Origin: Trypanosoma brucei
Lineage: Eukaryota
Direction of reading: 5' to 3'
NCBI GenBank assembly: GCA_000002445.1
Contig: CP000070.1
Span: 800,001 to 864,000, forward strand
Length of the DNA: 64,000 nucleotides
The number at the start of each line of letters is the position of its first letter. Position 1 is the stretch's first letter. Shown here piece by piece: positions 31,326 through 41,228 of the stretch. A program made the position numbers and the translations under genes. Under the pieces are notes generated by a model. The model ran no database searches and was not told where the DNA came from. It saw nothing but the letters and a program-made list of their open reading frames with translations.

Positions 31326-34019
31326 ATGGATGGACAGCGTGCAACAAAGGGAGTGGGACATGCCAGTGATTGGGCAGAACTTCGCCGCGCCCTCTTTAAT
31401 GTTCACCTGTTGCTAGCACTTCAAGAGGGCAGTGTGACACAACCACCGGGGGAAGAGAAGGTCGTAGCGAGTAGGGAGGCATCGCAACCGTTGTTGGAGC
31501 GTGGCTGTGGCATGAATCGGGTTCAGAGCGTCTCGCTCATGACGCTGGAGTTGGAAGATAGTACGGATGCGCTTCATTCCCAATGCTTAGAGAAACATGA
31601 GGAAAAGAGGGGCGTATGTCGTGCCCTTCCGCTTCCGCCGCTTCGATGGGCTGTTCCATCGCATCAGCAGCGTCTCGCGGCCTTGGAAAAGGAAAGGCGG
31701 CGGCGACAAAGGAAAAATGCCGCGGCAGAAGGGAAACTAAACATGTTGGGAAACACTCTTGGGAGTGGTGATACGCGGCAGCCGTCCTCCATTACTGGAA
31801 GTAGCGCAACTGCAAAGGTAATGGAATTGGATAAAAACGTAATGAAAGAGGATCTTCAGGATGGAACTGCGTCGCCCGCTCATTCAACTCGATCGTCCCT
31901 GACGAGAACCGGTGACCACAGCGAATGTGAGAGCTCGCAGGATACATACACAGCTGCTTTCGCGTCCGTGGACGATCACTGTCCTCGAGAGATGCCTTCG
32001 TTCCGTTTATCGTCGGGCAGTGACAATTCGGACTGTCAAACCCTGTCAAGGACGATATCTACGCTGAGTGTCAGAAAAACCTTAGCCCCTGTTCACGAGG
32101 GTCACCGCTGCGCCTCCGTTTACCGACTTCTCGGTGCCGGAAGCAGTCTCAGCGAAGATACCACCGCCCATATGGCCCAGACTGAAGTTGAGCAAATATG
32201 CTCTGGTGAAGCCGAGCCGTACACCTCATACCTCTTCTCCCCTGTCGTGCGTGTAGTGGATCTCAGTGAGGGGCGAAGCTCTCCAACGCCGCCTGGCGGG
32301 AATGAAGACCGAATGGCTCCTGACGGGGACCTTGAGATGAAGGATGGGTGTACCAGAGTGAGTTTTTCCCCAAATGGGGAATGCTACGTAGTAGGGACAA
32401 GGAGAGGTTTCTTGTGGCTCTTCACGACAGGTTCGCCGCCGGGTCAAAATAATATCTATGGTTACGGTGATGAAAAAGGCGATGGGGTTTGCCTTGACGA
32501 GGAGCCACCAGTGGAGCCCTTGAAACTTCAGGCGCACGGCGGTCCCGTTACAGACGTGACTTTTAACGACGTTGGCACACTCTTTGCTTCAGCGGGTGGG
32601 GACGCTTGTGTGATACTGTGGAATCAGCGCACGAGGTTGAAAGTCCGTCGTATCAACACAGGTGGTGGTGTGCCCACCCTCGTCCGTTTTGTGCCTGAAA
32701 ACAACAATTACCTTCTTGTTTCACTCATGCAGCACCGCCTTTTGCGGCTTTACAATACTTCAACAGGCCGCCCCGTAACGCGCAGAGGAGCCGAGATGCG
32801 GATAGAAGCGTCCACTGTGGCAGTTCACTTCTGCGCCGACCCGTTCTTATTCATTGGTGACACAAGCGGAACCGTGAGCATGTGGCGGTACTACTTAGGG
32901 TGTGAACACACATGCGCTATGTGCCCCCTTGAACCAAGGCGAAGTGGGGAATGGCGAGAGGGCCGCGCTTCTTCCCCAGCGGTCACAGGTCTTCTCCCGC
33001 ATGGAGTCGCCTCAGGTGCTTCCTCCACAAGGGGAAGCATAAAAGAAAGGTGTTGTCAGGTCCCTGCGGTAGTGGTGGAAAACCAGCCTTGCTTCGAAAA
33101 GGCGGGATCGCTTCTGCTGGAAAAGGGCACGCCGGTGGGAGCACTCGCGGTGAGCACCATGACCCAAGAGCAGCTGCGCTATCTGAAGCGAGCCCAGCGC
33201 ATTGGGTGGAAGATTCCCAAGCGAGGACTCTTCGGAAAGTTGATAGAGGGAATACTCTCTGAAGCGCTCAACCGTAACAACTCCAGCGAATCACCCGGAG
33301 AAATGGATGCCAGTGACTGCTCCAAGTTGATGTGCGCCGTGATGTTGCTCGCGTCGTTGCCGTGCGATCGGATGGCCGTTCTGTGCATTCAGGCGAAGGC
33401 AGAAGACACCCGCGAGTACACGTTGGTGCCCATGTTGGTGGTGGACCGTGCCTGCCGCATCCGGCACATGAGCACTGGGGCTGCGTTCTGCACCGACAAC
33501 GTGCGCTCCCCAACCTTCACATCCACGTGCGAGGAGGGTTTTGTTCAAATTATCGCCTGTACTGCTGCCCGCATGCTGCCGGTGGCAAAGGAAGAGACCG
33601 CGGCCACGGGCTCCTCCGCTGTGGTTACGCCGTGGGCTGTCATGGCGACACTTCCAGTCCCTTGCGGCGGCAGTCCCTCCAGCCTGGCTTGGTCGCCCGA
33701 CATGCGAATCCTTACAGCCGTGACTGAAGAAGGGATGGTTTATCAATGGCGTCGCGTCCAGCTGCACCAAGGCACTACGGTTAACGAAGACATCAATCGT
33801 GACGCCGATGATGGCCTTCGGGCTTCAACGACGAGGGATGAGGTGGATGAGTGGCGGAGGCACTTTGAGAGGGAGAAGAAACGGCAACTGCACCGCTACC
33901 GGGCGAGAAAGAATGCCGCCAACCAACTTGAGGACACATCTCGGCCATACGGCGGCCTGAATGCCGGGAGCGGGTCGCGAACAAGTGTCGTTCAAAGCCT
34001 TTGTCATGCAAGCAACTGA
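31326..34019 (+). CDS. WD40-repeat protein (897 aa)
   Basis: First ATG at 31326 (the track start is a GTG). WD-repeat signatures are present (FASAGGDACVILWN, GTVSMWRY, and LTAVTEEGMVYQWR at the C-terminus), with a Ser-rich N-terminal region. Confidence 0.75.
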   Translation: MDGQRATKGVGHASDWAELRRALFNVHLLLALQEGSVTQPPGEEKVVASREASQPLLERGCGMNRVQSVSLMTLELEDSTDALHSQCLEKHEEKRGVCRALPLPPLRWAVPSHQQRLAALEKERRRRQRKNAAAEGKLNMLGNTLGSGDTRQPSSITGSSATAKVMELDKNVMKEDLQDGTASPAHSTRSSLTRTGDHSECESSQDTYTAAFASVDDHCPREMPSFRLSSGSDNSDCQTLSRTISTLSVRKTLAPVHEGHRCASVYRLLGAGSSLSEDTTAHMAQTEVEQICSGEAEPYTSYLFSPVVRVVDLSEGRSSPTPPGGNEDRMAPDGDLEMKDGCTRVSFSPNGECYVVGTRRGFLWLFTTGSPPGQNNIYGYGDEKGDGVCLDEEPPVEPLKLQAHGGPVTDVTFNDVGTLFASAGGDACVILWNQRTRLKVRRINTGGGVPTLVRFVPENNNYLLVSLMQHRLLRLYNTSTGRPVTRRGAEMRIEASTVAVHFCADPFLFIGDTSGTVSMWRYYLGCEHTCAMCPLEPRRSGEWREGRASSPAVTGLLPHGVASGASSTRGSIKERCCQVPAVVVENQPCFEKAGSLLLEKGTPVGALAVSTMTQEQLRYLKRAQRIGWKIPKRGLFGKLIEGILSEALNRNNSSESPGEMDASDCSKLMCAVMLLASLPCDRMAVLCIQAKAEDTREYTLVPMLVVDRACRIRHMSTGAAFCTDNVRSPTFTSTCEEGFVQIIACTAARMLPVAKEETAATGSSAVVTPWAVMATLPVPCGGSPSSLAWSPDMRILTAVTEEGMVYQWRRVQLHQGTTVNEDINRDADDGLRASTTRDEVDEWRRHFEREKKRQLHRYRARKNAANQLEDTSRPYGGLNAGSGSRTSVVQSLCHASN

Positions 34020-34317
34020 TGCGCGGCGCCGCCCACGGTGTGGCACCGCTTGCGCAATGAACGCATGGCCGAAATGTGCCCTTCGTAATATACAAAAAAA
34101 ACTCAGAGGGGTGGTGTTCCCTCGTTCTCCCCTCCCCCCGTCGCACGCCAACTGCACCTACTTGCACGGAAATCGACCGCGCTCTTTCTTTCTACTGGGC
34201 GCCGACTGATTTGCACCCCCTTTTCTAAACACCCACCCTTTTCCACCACCCCGTTATTTACCCCCGGCCCCGGCGTCAGCCGCCACTCGCAGTAGGATTC
34301 TTAGGGACATCTGGAGA

Positions 34318-34809
34318 ATGCTGCGCTCAACTCTGACCTCACTGAACACGTTTCTCACAAGCTCCGTCGCCACCCCACCGATATCTGTAATTAGAACGGG
34401 GCCGAAATGGTGGGCGGATCCCGAGCGCATGGTACGGCAGAAACTCATGTACTTCACGTTAGGGGTCGATCAGCTTCCACTGCGACGAACGGCGGTCATA
34501 CAGCGAGACCTGCAACGCTTCCATATGTGCAAACCGCCTCCCCGTGTTGGGGACTCAACGGGCTACAAACGCTCCCGGGCAGCTCAACTTAACACTTGGT
34601 ATCGCCGCATCCAGTACCAGGAGTATCACATGCAGCATCTCTTCACCAGGCATGTGTGGGGACTGTTGCGTGTGTACCCGGGGAACACTACGAAGATACA
34701 AGGCAAGGCAGATGATGGCTACGTGGGGTACGATTCGGTTCCGTTCCACCGATACAATCGGGCTCCTCTCCCGTTCCCCGCACGGGAACTTTACGAGCGG
34801 AGGAAATAG
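34318..34809 (+). CDS. Hypothetical small protein (163 aa); N-terminus resembles a mitochondrial presequence (MLRSTLTSLNTFLTSS)
   Basis: ATG-initiated ORF and the last gene of the plus-strand array before the strand-switch region. No recognisable domain. Coding status is uncertain because a 109-aa ORF overlaps it in another frame. Confidence 0.35.
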   Translation: MLRSTLTSLNTFLTSSVATPPISVIRTGPKWWADPERMVRQKLMYFTLGVDQLPLRRTAVIQRDLQRFHMCKPPPRVGDSTGYKRSRAAQLNTWYRRIQYQEYHMQHLFTRHVWGLLRVYPGNTTKIQGKADDGYVGYDSVPFHRYNRAPLPFPARELYERRK

Positions 34810-36328
34810 TCGAAAGGCATGTTGTATACGGAAGGACGGAGGGAGGGAGTTACAGTGGAAGAACGTCTTTTAAGAAGTGTGAACGTTTATCGCGCGTGCT
34901 TGGGGATGAGAGAAGTTCCTTGTGCATTGTCAATTTGTCTTGTACGTGGGGATGCTGCTGTCACACGCTCTTTTTCTCCACCTTCTAAGAAAGGAGTACC
35001 ACCGATAGGATTTTAGGATGAAGGAGTGCTGGAGGTGCCTAAACGAATTAAATAGCTTAGTAATATGAGGAAGGGAAGGAACACCTTAAATGTTCACGAA
35101 TCACCACCGGGGCACAAAGCCATAGCCGCTACCCACAAATCACGCTCAACGCGCCTCTAACGACAAAGCGAAGGGGTGCTGCAAACGGCTGGCGATAAGT
35201 GGAAATCACAACTACTATTGGGGCCGGCGTTGTGGGTTTTTTCAGTGTGCTTTCGCGTTGTGATGACAATGAGTTCCACTACCATTCACCAACCATCCAC
35301 AAAAGAGGGACGATACGCGGAGTCCCAAAATGAGGAGGACTAATGCGCGATCACTCTCCTCCTCGCGTTTTCGGAAGGGGCGAGGAAAAACTACTCTCAT
35401 AGACAGTTTTCAGCGCCGTCAAACCATGCCGGCGCAGCCGCGGAAACTTCCTAAGGTAACATCTTTCCTCTCCTCCTCCCCCATTTTCCAGAGCAGCCGT
35501 GCGCCTCCTCAGTGACGAGAAGAAAAAAACACCGTCAGACATGGGAACCTCTCTTGCCCAAAGACCGATGTAGATCTGTGACCTACGGCATGCCGTTTAC
35601 CTCCACCAAAAGTGACAAAATCACACCGTGAAATCCACTTTTTTTTTTTTCGACGGCGCTAAGCTACCCCCAGAAGCCAGCCGACCCGACTGACAGACAA
35701 CCACCAGCGAAACATGACCCCTCCTCTGCATCTTAGAAGTCACCTCCATTTCCAGTGCAATTCTTACCGTGCGAGAGAACGAAAGGAACTAGGACCACCA
35801 TTTGCAAAAATGGATCGCCCAAAGCACGAACAGCTTCGACCCAGCTTGCGGGTGGGTTAGGATAGTTGCAATTCCTTCTTTTGGACTATCATCTAAAGCG
35901 CACTAAAACAAAGATTCGGGGGAAGTGAAAACCCACGTCGTGACAGGTCGTTATTAACCTTAACTCTACAACTGTCGTTGCCTTAACCAGTAGGGTTAGT
36001 CCTGTCTCCTTTTATGGTTGGCATTATTCGCTTCTTCTTTTGTTGGGTAGCTAAATTTAAAAAAAAATCTCCGGAGTTTAGCGCAGTTGGTTATTACAGT
36101 TTTCCTTTACACCCCGCTCCATTTAATTCGATTTCCTAGTGTCCGGGTGTCGCCTGCCGAACGTGCATCTGTCCCTAGCTCTCCCCCCCCCCTCTCGCTG
36201 GAAACCTATGTTAGTCTCATCCCCTTATCCCCTCCCCCGAAATGTGTTTTTATTCTCTCTTTTTCCTTCCCCCTCCGTAATATTAATCAACAATACGAAG
36301 CAGGACGGTTTCGGCGGTAACATTCCCT
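34810..36328. terminator. Convergent strand-switch region: inferred RNA pol II transcription termination zone between the plus- and minus-strand polycistronic units
   Basis: Every confident gene below 34.8 kb is on the plus strand and every one above 36.3 kb is on the minus strand. The interval has no long ORF or recognisable domain. I scanned it for a tRNA and found none. In trypanosomatids such regions are marked by base J and histone H3.V, which is established knowledge, not visible here. Confidence 0.6.
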
Positions 36329-37990
36329 TCAAAGCATTCGCAACAATAGAACTGCGGAACAAAGTGCAGCGGCACGAACACCCGAATGTGCTGCCGGATT
36401 GGACTCCGCTCTCATGACAGGTCTTCGCGCCGGTTCTGCAGAATAGTTGGATTTCAGTCGTACCTCCTCTTGTCCCCTTGAGGTGGATTCTTCGTTCACT
36501 CTCCTCGACAACTCCAAACTGTTCAGAATCTCCCCGATCAGTTCCTCGTGAAGCTGGTCATTAGTGAGTTCTGCCTCTTTGTGCCCTATGCATTTCGTCA
36601 ATTCATCCGCGGTAGTTTTTATTTTTTCCATAACCGCATTTTTTGCTTCTTCGAAACGCGCAAACAGGCGGATGACATCCCCAAATATACTCACTTTATT
36701 GGGATCTTCAGTCCACCGCACTGCACCGTAGGAAGTGACGTCACCGTACTCTCCCCCCTTTACATTTAGTTTGCCTTCCACACTTGATGCGAAATTCATC
36801 ACTCCACCACCCCACGTGAAGCTGTGACTCAATGACCCACCTTTTAATAAACCGTCTGTTGCCGTCCTCATCAAGTTGCAACCCCTGTCTTCATTTCGTT
36901 CAATGATGCTCTCCGCACCCAAGCTACTGAAGGAAATGGATGATAGCGCTTCGTGGAGTTGCAAGTTTTTCTCTGCCGACTTCGTTACATGTGAATCCTC
37001 GATTTTGTAAAGGGTTTCAGGTCCAATTGTTCCACGAAAACATTCTTGCAACTTGTCGTGCACCGCTGGCCTGCTCCCTCCCACGCTTATGCAAAACTGC
37101 GACGTCGTGCGTGCCGCCTGTGCAAATGCAAAAATCCACTCTTCCAGTCTTCCGGCTGCTAACCCAGCGGCGGCTGCTGCTAGCGCCGATGCATTCCTCA
37201 TTTCCTCTAACTCCTGCTGGAATGTAAACTCATTCTTCAATACTGTTTTCAAGAGTGTCCTGATGTCTTTACAATCTTTCTCACTAGAAGGTACGCTGTT
37301 TCGCATTACCGATAACTGCAACTGCGCGCTTTTGATCTTCAAATCTGACAGTTTCTTCATAACCGCAGCACTCCCGCTGTTTACTCTGTGTGCTACCCCT
37401 TTAAGATATGTCGATAACTCACACACTTTATTAGCGGCTGTCGCGTTTAGTGCATTCCTTTCATAATAATTTGCACGTGTTTCTTTTCCCAACAGCGCCA
37501 ACAGCACGAACCAAAACCTCATTTTGTTCTCTTTATTTAATTATACTTGAGCTTTCACCTTCGTTACTGAGTAAAAACTAAATCACTCGTGCTATTCTTG
37601 ACACAGATTACCATTGTGGTGACAGTCCGGGAGAATACATTCTCAGTCCCATTTTGCTTTGTCCTACCAAACTCTCATTATAATAAACACCACTGCCTCA
37701 CACGCGTAGGTAGCAGCTACGTCCCCCCAACACACACACACACACACAACATTCCCCTCAATTGCTCACTTGAAAACAAATAGCAACAGTAATAACACAC
37801 ACACCGCAACAAATTGTACCTCAAATACTTGTTTCCTTCCCTACATCCGAACCATCTTATCCAGCCTCCACTCGACACAGTGTTTTGAAGGGAATAAAAA
37901 CCACTTCCAGGATATTGCTAACCAACAACCCTCCTTCTCGTTAATTAACGCCCTTTTCAACCGATTCTCTTTCGGTGTAGATGATACCGA
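35773..37990. repeat. Copy A of a roughly 2.2-kb tandem duplication carrying the surface-protein gene and its flanks
   Basis: 35773-37990 and 38158-40373 are near-identical by direct reading, apart from one replaced segment of about 80-90 bp and a 1-bp difference in a C-run. They are separated by a unique spacer of about 167 bp (37991-38157). Confidence 0.9.
36329..37522 (-). CDS. GPI-anchored, alanine-rich, predicted helical surface protein resembling the VSG / haptoglobin-hemoglobin-receptor (HpHbR/GARP-type) group; copy A, intact
   Basis: 397 aa. Has an N-terminal signal peptide (MRFWFVLLALLGKETRA), six spaced Cys, Ala-rich helical segments and N-glycosylation sequons. The C-terminus is ..AAHS|GVRAAALCSAVLLLRML, a Ser followed by a 17-residue hydrophobic GPI signal. 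Family assignment is inferred from architecture only. Confidence 0.7.
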   Translation of the reverse strand: MRFWFVLLALLGKETRANYYERNALNATAANKVCELSTYLKGVAHRVNSGSAAVMKKLSDLKIKSAQLQLSVMRNSVPSSEKDCKDIRTLLKTVLKNEFTFQQELEEMRNASALAAAAAGLAAGRLEEWIFAFAQAARTTSQFCISVGGSRPAVHDKLQECFRGTIGPETLYKIEDSHVTKSAEKNLQLHEALSSISFSSLGAESIIERNEDRGCNLMRTATDGLLKGGSLSHSFTWGGGVMNFASSVEGKLNVKGGEYGDVTSYGAVRWTEDPNKVSIFGDVIRLFARFEEAKNAVMEKIKTTADELTKCIGHKEAELTNDQLHEELIGEILNSLELSRRVNEESTSRGQEEVRLKSNYSAEPARRPVMRAESNPAAHSGVRAAALCSAVLLLRML

Positions 37991-38157
37991 TCATCCCTTG
38001 CAGCTTCATACCACCCTACCCTTCATGGCAGCGCCTTGTCGCTTACTTCTAGCTCTGCGTCCGTGTATTATAACCAAGCGGTAGGTAAAACCAACAACCA
38101 CCAAAAAGATAAGAAAAATAATCCTCATTTAAAACCCCCAAAGTTGTACTTTCCTCA

Positions 38158-40373
38158 ATAAACTAGGACCACCATTTGCAAAAATGGATCGCCCAAAGGA
38201 CGAACAGCTTCGACCCAGCTTGCGGGTGGGTTAGGATAGTTGCAATTCCTTCTTTTGGACTATCATCTAAAGCGTACTAAAACAAAGATTCGGGAGAAGT
38301 GAAAACCCACGTCGTGACAGGTCGTTATTAACCTTAACTCTACAACTGTCGTTGCCTTAACCAGTAGGGTTAGTCCTGTCTCCTTTTATGGTTGGCATTA
38401 TTCGCTTCTTCTTTTGTTGGGTAGCTAAATTTAAAAAAAAAATCTCCGGAGTTTAGCGCAGTTGGTTATTACAGTTTTCCTTTACACCCCGCTCCATTTA
38501 ATTCGATTTCCTAGTGTCCGGGTGTCGCCTGCCGAACGTGCATCTGTCCCTAGCTCTCCCCCCCCCTCTCGCTGGAAACCTATGTTAGTCTCATCCCCTT
38601 ATCCCCTCCCCCGAAATGTGTTTTTATTCTCTCTTTTTCCTTCCCCCTCCGTAACATTAATCAACAATACGAAGCAGGACGGTTTCGGCGGTAACATTCC
38701 CTTCAAAGCATTCGCAACAATAGAACTGCGGAACAAAGTGCAGCGGCACGAACACCCGAATGTGCTGCCGGATTGGACTCCGCTCTCATGACAGGTCTTC
38801 GCGCCGGTTCTGCAGAATAGTTGGATTTCAGTCGTACCTCCTGTCACTTTATTCCTAACCGCCCAAACCCCGCACTGAGGTCCCACTTCACAGCAACTCC
38901 AGATAGTTTTGTATCGCCTTGAATTGCCGTTCGTGAAGCTGGTCATTAGTGAGTTCTGCCTCTTTGTGCCCTATGCATTTCGTCAATTCATCCGCGGTAG
39001 TTTTTATTTTTTCCATAACCGCATTTTTTGCTTCTTCGAAACGCGCAAACAGGCGGATGACATCCCCAAATATACTCACTTTATTGGGATCTTCAGTCCA
39101 CCGCACTGCACCGTAGGAAGTGACGTCACCGTACTCTCCCCCCTTTACATTTAGTTTGCCTTCCACACTTGATGCGAAATTCATCACTCCACCACCCCAC
39201 GTGAAGCTGTGACTCAATGACCCACCTTTTAATAAACCGTCTGTTGCCGTCCTCATCAAGTTGCAACCCCTGTCTTCATTTCGTTCAATGATGCTCTCCG
39301 CACCCAAGCTACTGAAGGAAATGGATGATAGCGCTTCGTGGAGTTGCAAGTTTTTCTCTGCCGACTTCGTTACATGTGAATCCTCGATTTTGTAAAGGGT
39401 TTCAGGTCCAATTGTTCCACGAAAACATTCTTGCAACTTGTCGTGCACCGCTGGCCTGCTCCCTCCCACGCTTATGCAAAACTGCGACGTCGTGCGTGCC
39501 GCCTGTGCAAATGCAAAAATCCACTCTTCCAGTCTTCCGGCTGCTAACCCAGCGGCGGCTGCTGCTAGCGCCGATGCATTCCTCATTTCCTCTAACTCCT
39601 GCTGGAATGTAAACTCATTCTTCAATACTGTTTTCAAGAGTGTCCTGATGTCTTTACAATCTTTCTCACTAGAAGGTACGCTGTTTCGCATTACCGATAA
39701 CTGCAACTGCGCGCTTTTGATCTTCAAATCTGACAGTTTCTTCATAACCGCAGCACTCCCGCTGTTTACTCTGTGTGCTACCCCTTTAAGATATGTCGAT
39801 AACTCACACACTTTATTAGCGGCTGTCGCGTTTAGTGCATTCCTTTCATAATAATTTGCACGTGTTTCTTTTCCCAACAGCGCCAACAGCACGAACCAAA
39901 ACCTCATTTTGTTCTCTTTATTTAATTATACTTGAGCTTTCACCTTCGTTACTGAGTAAAAACTAAATCACTCGTGCTATTCTTGACACAGATTACCATT
40001 GTGGTGACAGTCCGGGAGAATACATTCTCAGTCCCATTTTGCTTTGTCCTACCAAACTCTCATTATAATAAACACCACTGCCTCACACGCGTAGGTAGCA
40101 GCTACGTCCCCCCAACACACACACACACACACAACATTCCCCTCAATTGCTCACTTGAAAACAAATAGCAACAGTAATAACACACACACCGCAACAAATT
40201 GTACCTCAAATACTTGTTTCCTTCCCTACATCCGAACCATCTTATCCAGCCTCCACTCGACACAGTGTTTTGAAGGGAATAAAAACCACTTCCAGGATAT
40301 TGCTAACCAACAACCCTCCTTCTCGTTAATTAACGCCCTTTTCAACCGATTCTCTTTCGGTGTAGATGATACC
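38158..40373. repeat. Copy B of the roughly 2.2-kb tandem duplication
   Basis: Same alignment as copy A. Similarity ends at about 40373, where gatgataccg is followed by cgactacc rather than the atcatccc that follows it in copy A (about 37990). Confidence 0.9.
38888..39907 (-). CDS. Copy B of the surface-protein gene: same first 324 codons, then a divergent 3' segment that terminates early (..DQLHERQFKAIQNYLELL*) and lacks the GPI signal; possible pseudogene or soluble variant
   Basis: Identical to copy A from the ATG through ..LTNDQLHE. The copy-A segment at 36480-36557 is replaced in copy B by unrelated sequence at about 38869-38957, which gives a stop at 38888. The GPI-signal coding sequence is still present and intact downstream of the stop, at about 38705-38868, but is untranslated. 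Confidence 0.5.
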   Translation of the reverse strand: MRFWFVLLALLGKETRANYYERNALNATAANKVCELSTYLKGVAHRVNSGSAAVMKKLSDLKIKSAQLQLSVMRNSVPSSEKDCKDIRTLLKTVLKNEFTFQQELEEMRNASALAAAAAGLAAGRLEEWIFAFAQAARTTSQFCISVGGSRPAVHDKLQECFRGTIGPETLYKIEDSHVTKSAEKNLQLHEALSSISFSSLGAESIIERNEDRGCNLMRTATDGLLKGGSLSHSFTWGGGVMNFASSVEGKLNVKGGEYGDVTSYGAVRWTEDPNKVSIFGDVIRLFARFEEAKNAVMEKIKTTADELTKCIGHKEAELTNDQLHERQFKAIQNYLELL

Positions 40374-41228
40374 GCGACTACCGTTCGCCACAACTGTTGT
40401 GGTTGCTTCAAGTGGTGGTGAGCAAAGCGTTAAGGTATCACTACAATTTGAGGAGAACAAGAGGTCATCTTTTATTATACTGTGCGCTCCAACAGCGCTT
40501 CCTTGTACACAAATTATGTTTGCTAATTTCCTGTCCTTGAGGAGCTCCCTATTCCACAACGCGACACCAGTCTCAGTACAACTTTCCCTTCTTGAAGGTA
40601 CGTTTGCGATTGCGTCACGGGAACACGAAAGTAGCAACAACATTTTTTTTGCTTCACTCCTCCAGTGGACCTATTTGGTACTAATGCTTTTTGTTAACAC
40701 GTTGTCAAAAGGTTGCGGCATCCCATACCCCGAAGCACGCATCTGCATGATCCCCTAACCAACGGCGTACGAATAAGGCGATGCATTTGTTAACGCATGT
40801 TCGTTTGCATGTTTCCTCGCACTTCTGGGAGCGTGAGGTTGACGCGCCTCACCCGATCACTGCCGCACTATCAGCGCAGACGCAGTAACTCTAAAGGAGG
40901 AAGTGTGCCAACACATGTGTGAGGAAAGAATGGCAGTTCTTAAAGCTATGCCCCTAGTAGCTACAGTGGGGCCTCACACCTCCCGTGTGGTCAATGTTTT
41001 GTGCTTCGCTTCTGCAGTTGAATCACACTTGTCCAGTAAAAAAAAAACGGACGGAAGAAAGGAAGTAGATTGAGGACAGCACGGAGAGTGTAACAAAGAA
41101 ATTCCACAGACGTAGACACGCCTTCTTTTCAGCGCAAATCCCTCGGCAAGGGATTCCTACCTTCAGTGCATGCCCAACACAAACAATAACAAGTTACAAC
41201 ACCACCGGAAACAAAAAAAAACGTCCAC

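Noticed and set aside
35240-35340. Possible C/D-box snoRNA (tgatga near 35262) or a tRNA in the strand-switch region
   Set aside because: No matching D box (ctga) lies at an appropriate distance, and there is no terminal stem or second C'/D' pair. I found no tRNA-like cloverleaf signature, neither a GTTCGAATC-type T-arm nor a D-arm consensus, anywhere in 34.8-36.3 kb. Without a covariance-model search I cannot support an RNA gene here.
35992-36004. Telomere-like motifs (agtagggttag, and gggtgggttagg near 35850) inside each duplicated unit, which could hint at a subtelomeric VSG-like context
   Set aside because: Each is only 1 to 1.5 hexamer units long, not tandemly reiterated, and occurs once per copy. 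That is most likely chance. The locus is flanked by housekeeping genes on both sides and is not telomere-proximal.
40374-41228. Short minus-strand ORF (105 aa, 40326-40643) and the unique sequence after copy B as a possible third, degenerate copy of the surface-protein gene
   Set aside because: There is no detectable similarity to the repeat unit beyond 40373, and the ORF translation has no signal peptide or family resemblance. It is more likely the processing region between the 808-aa gene and copy B.
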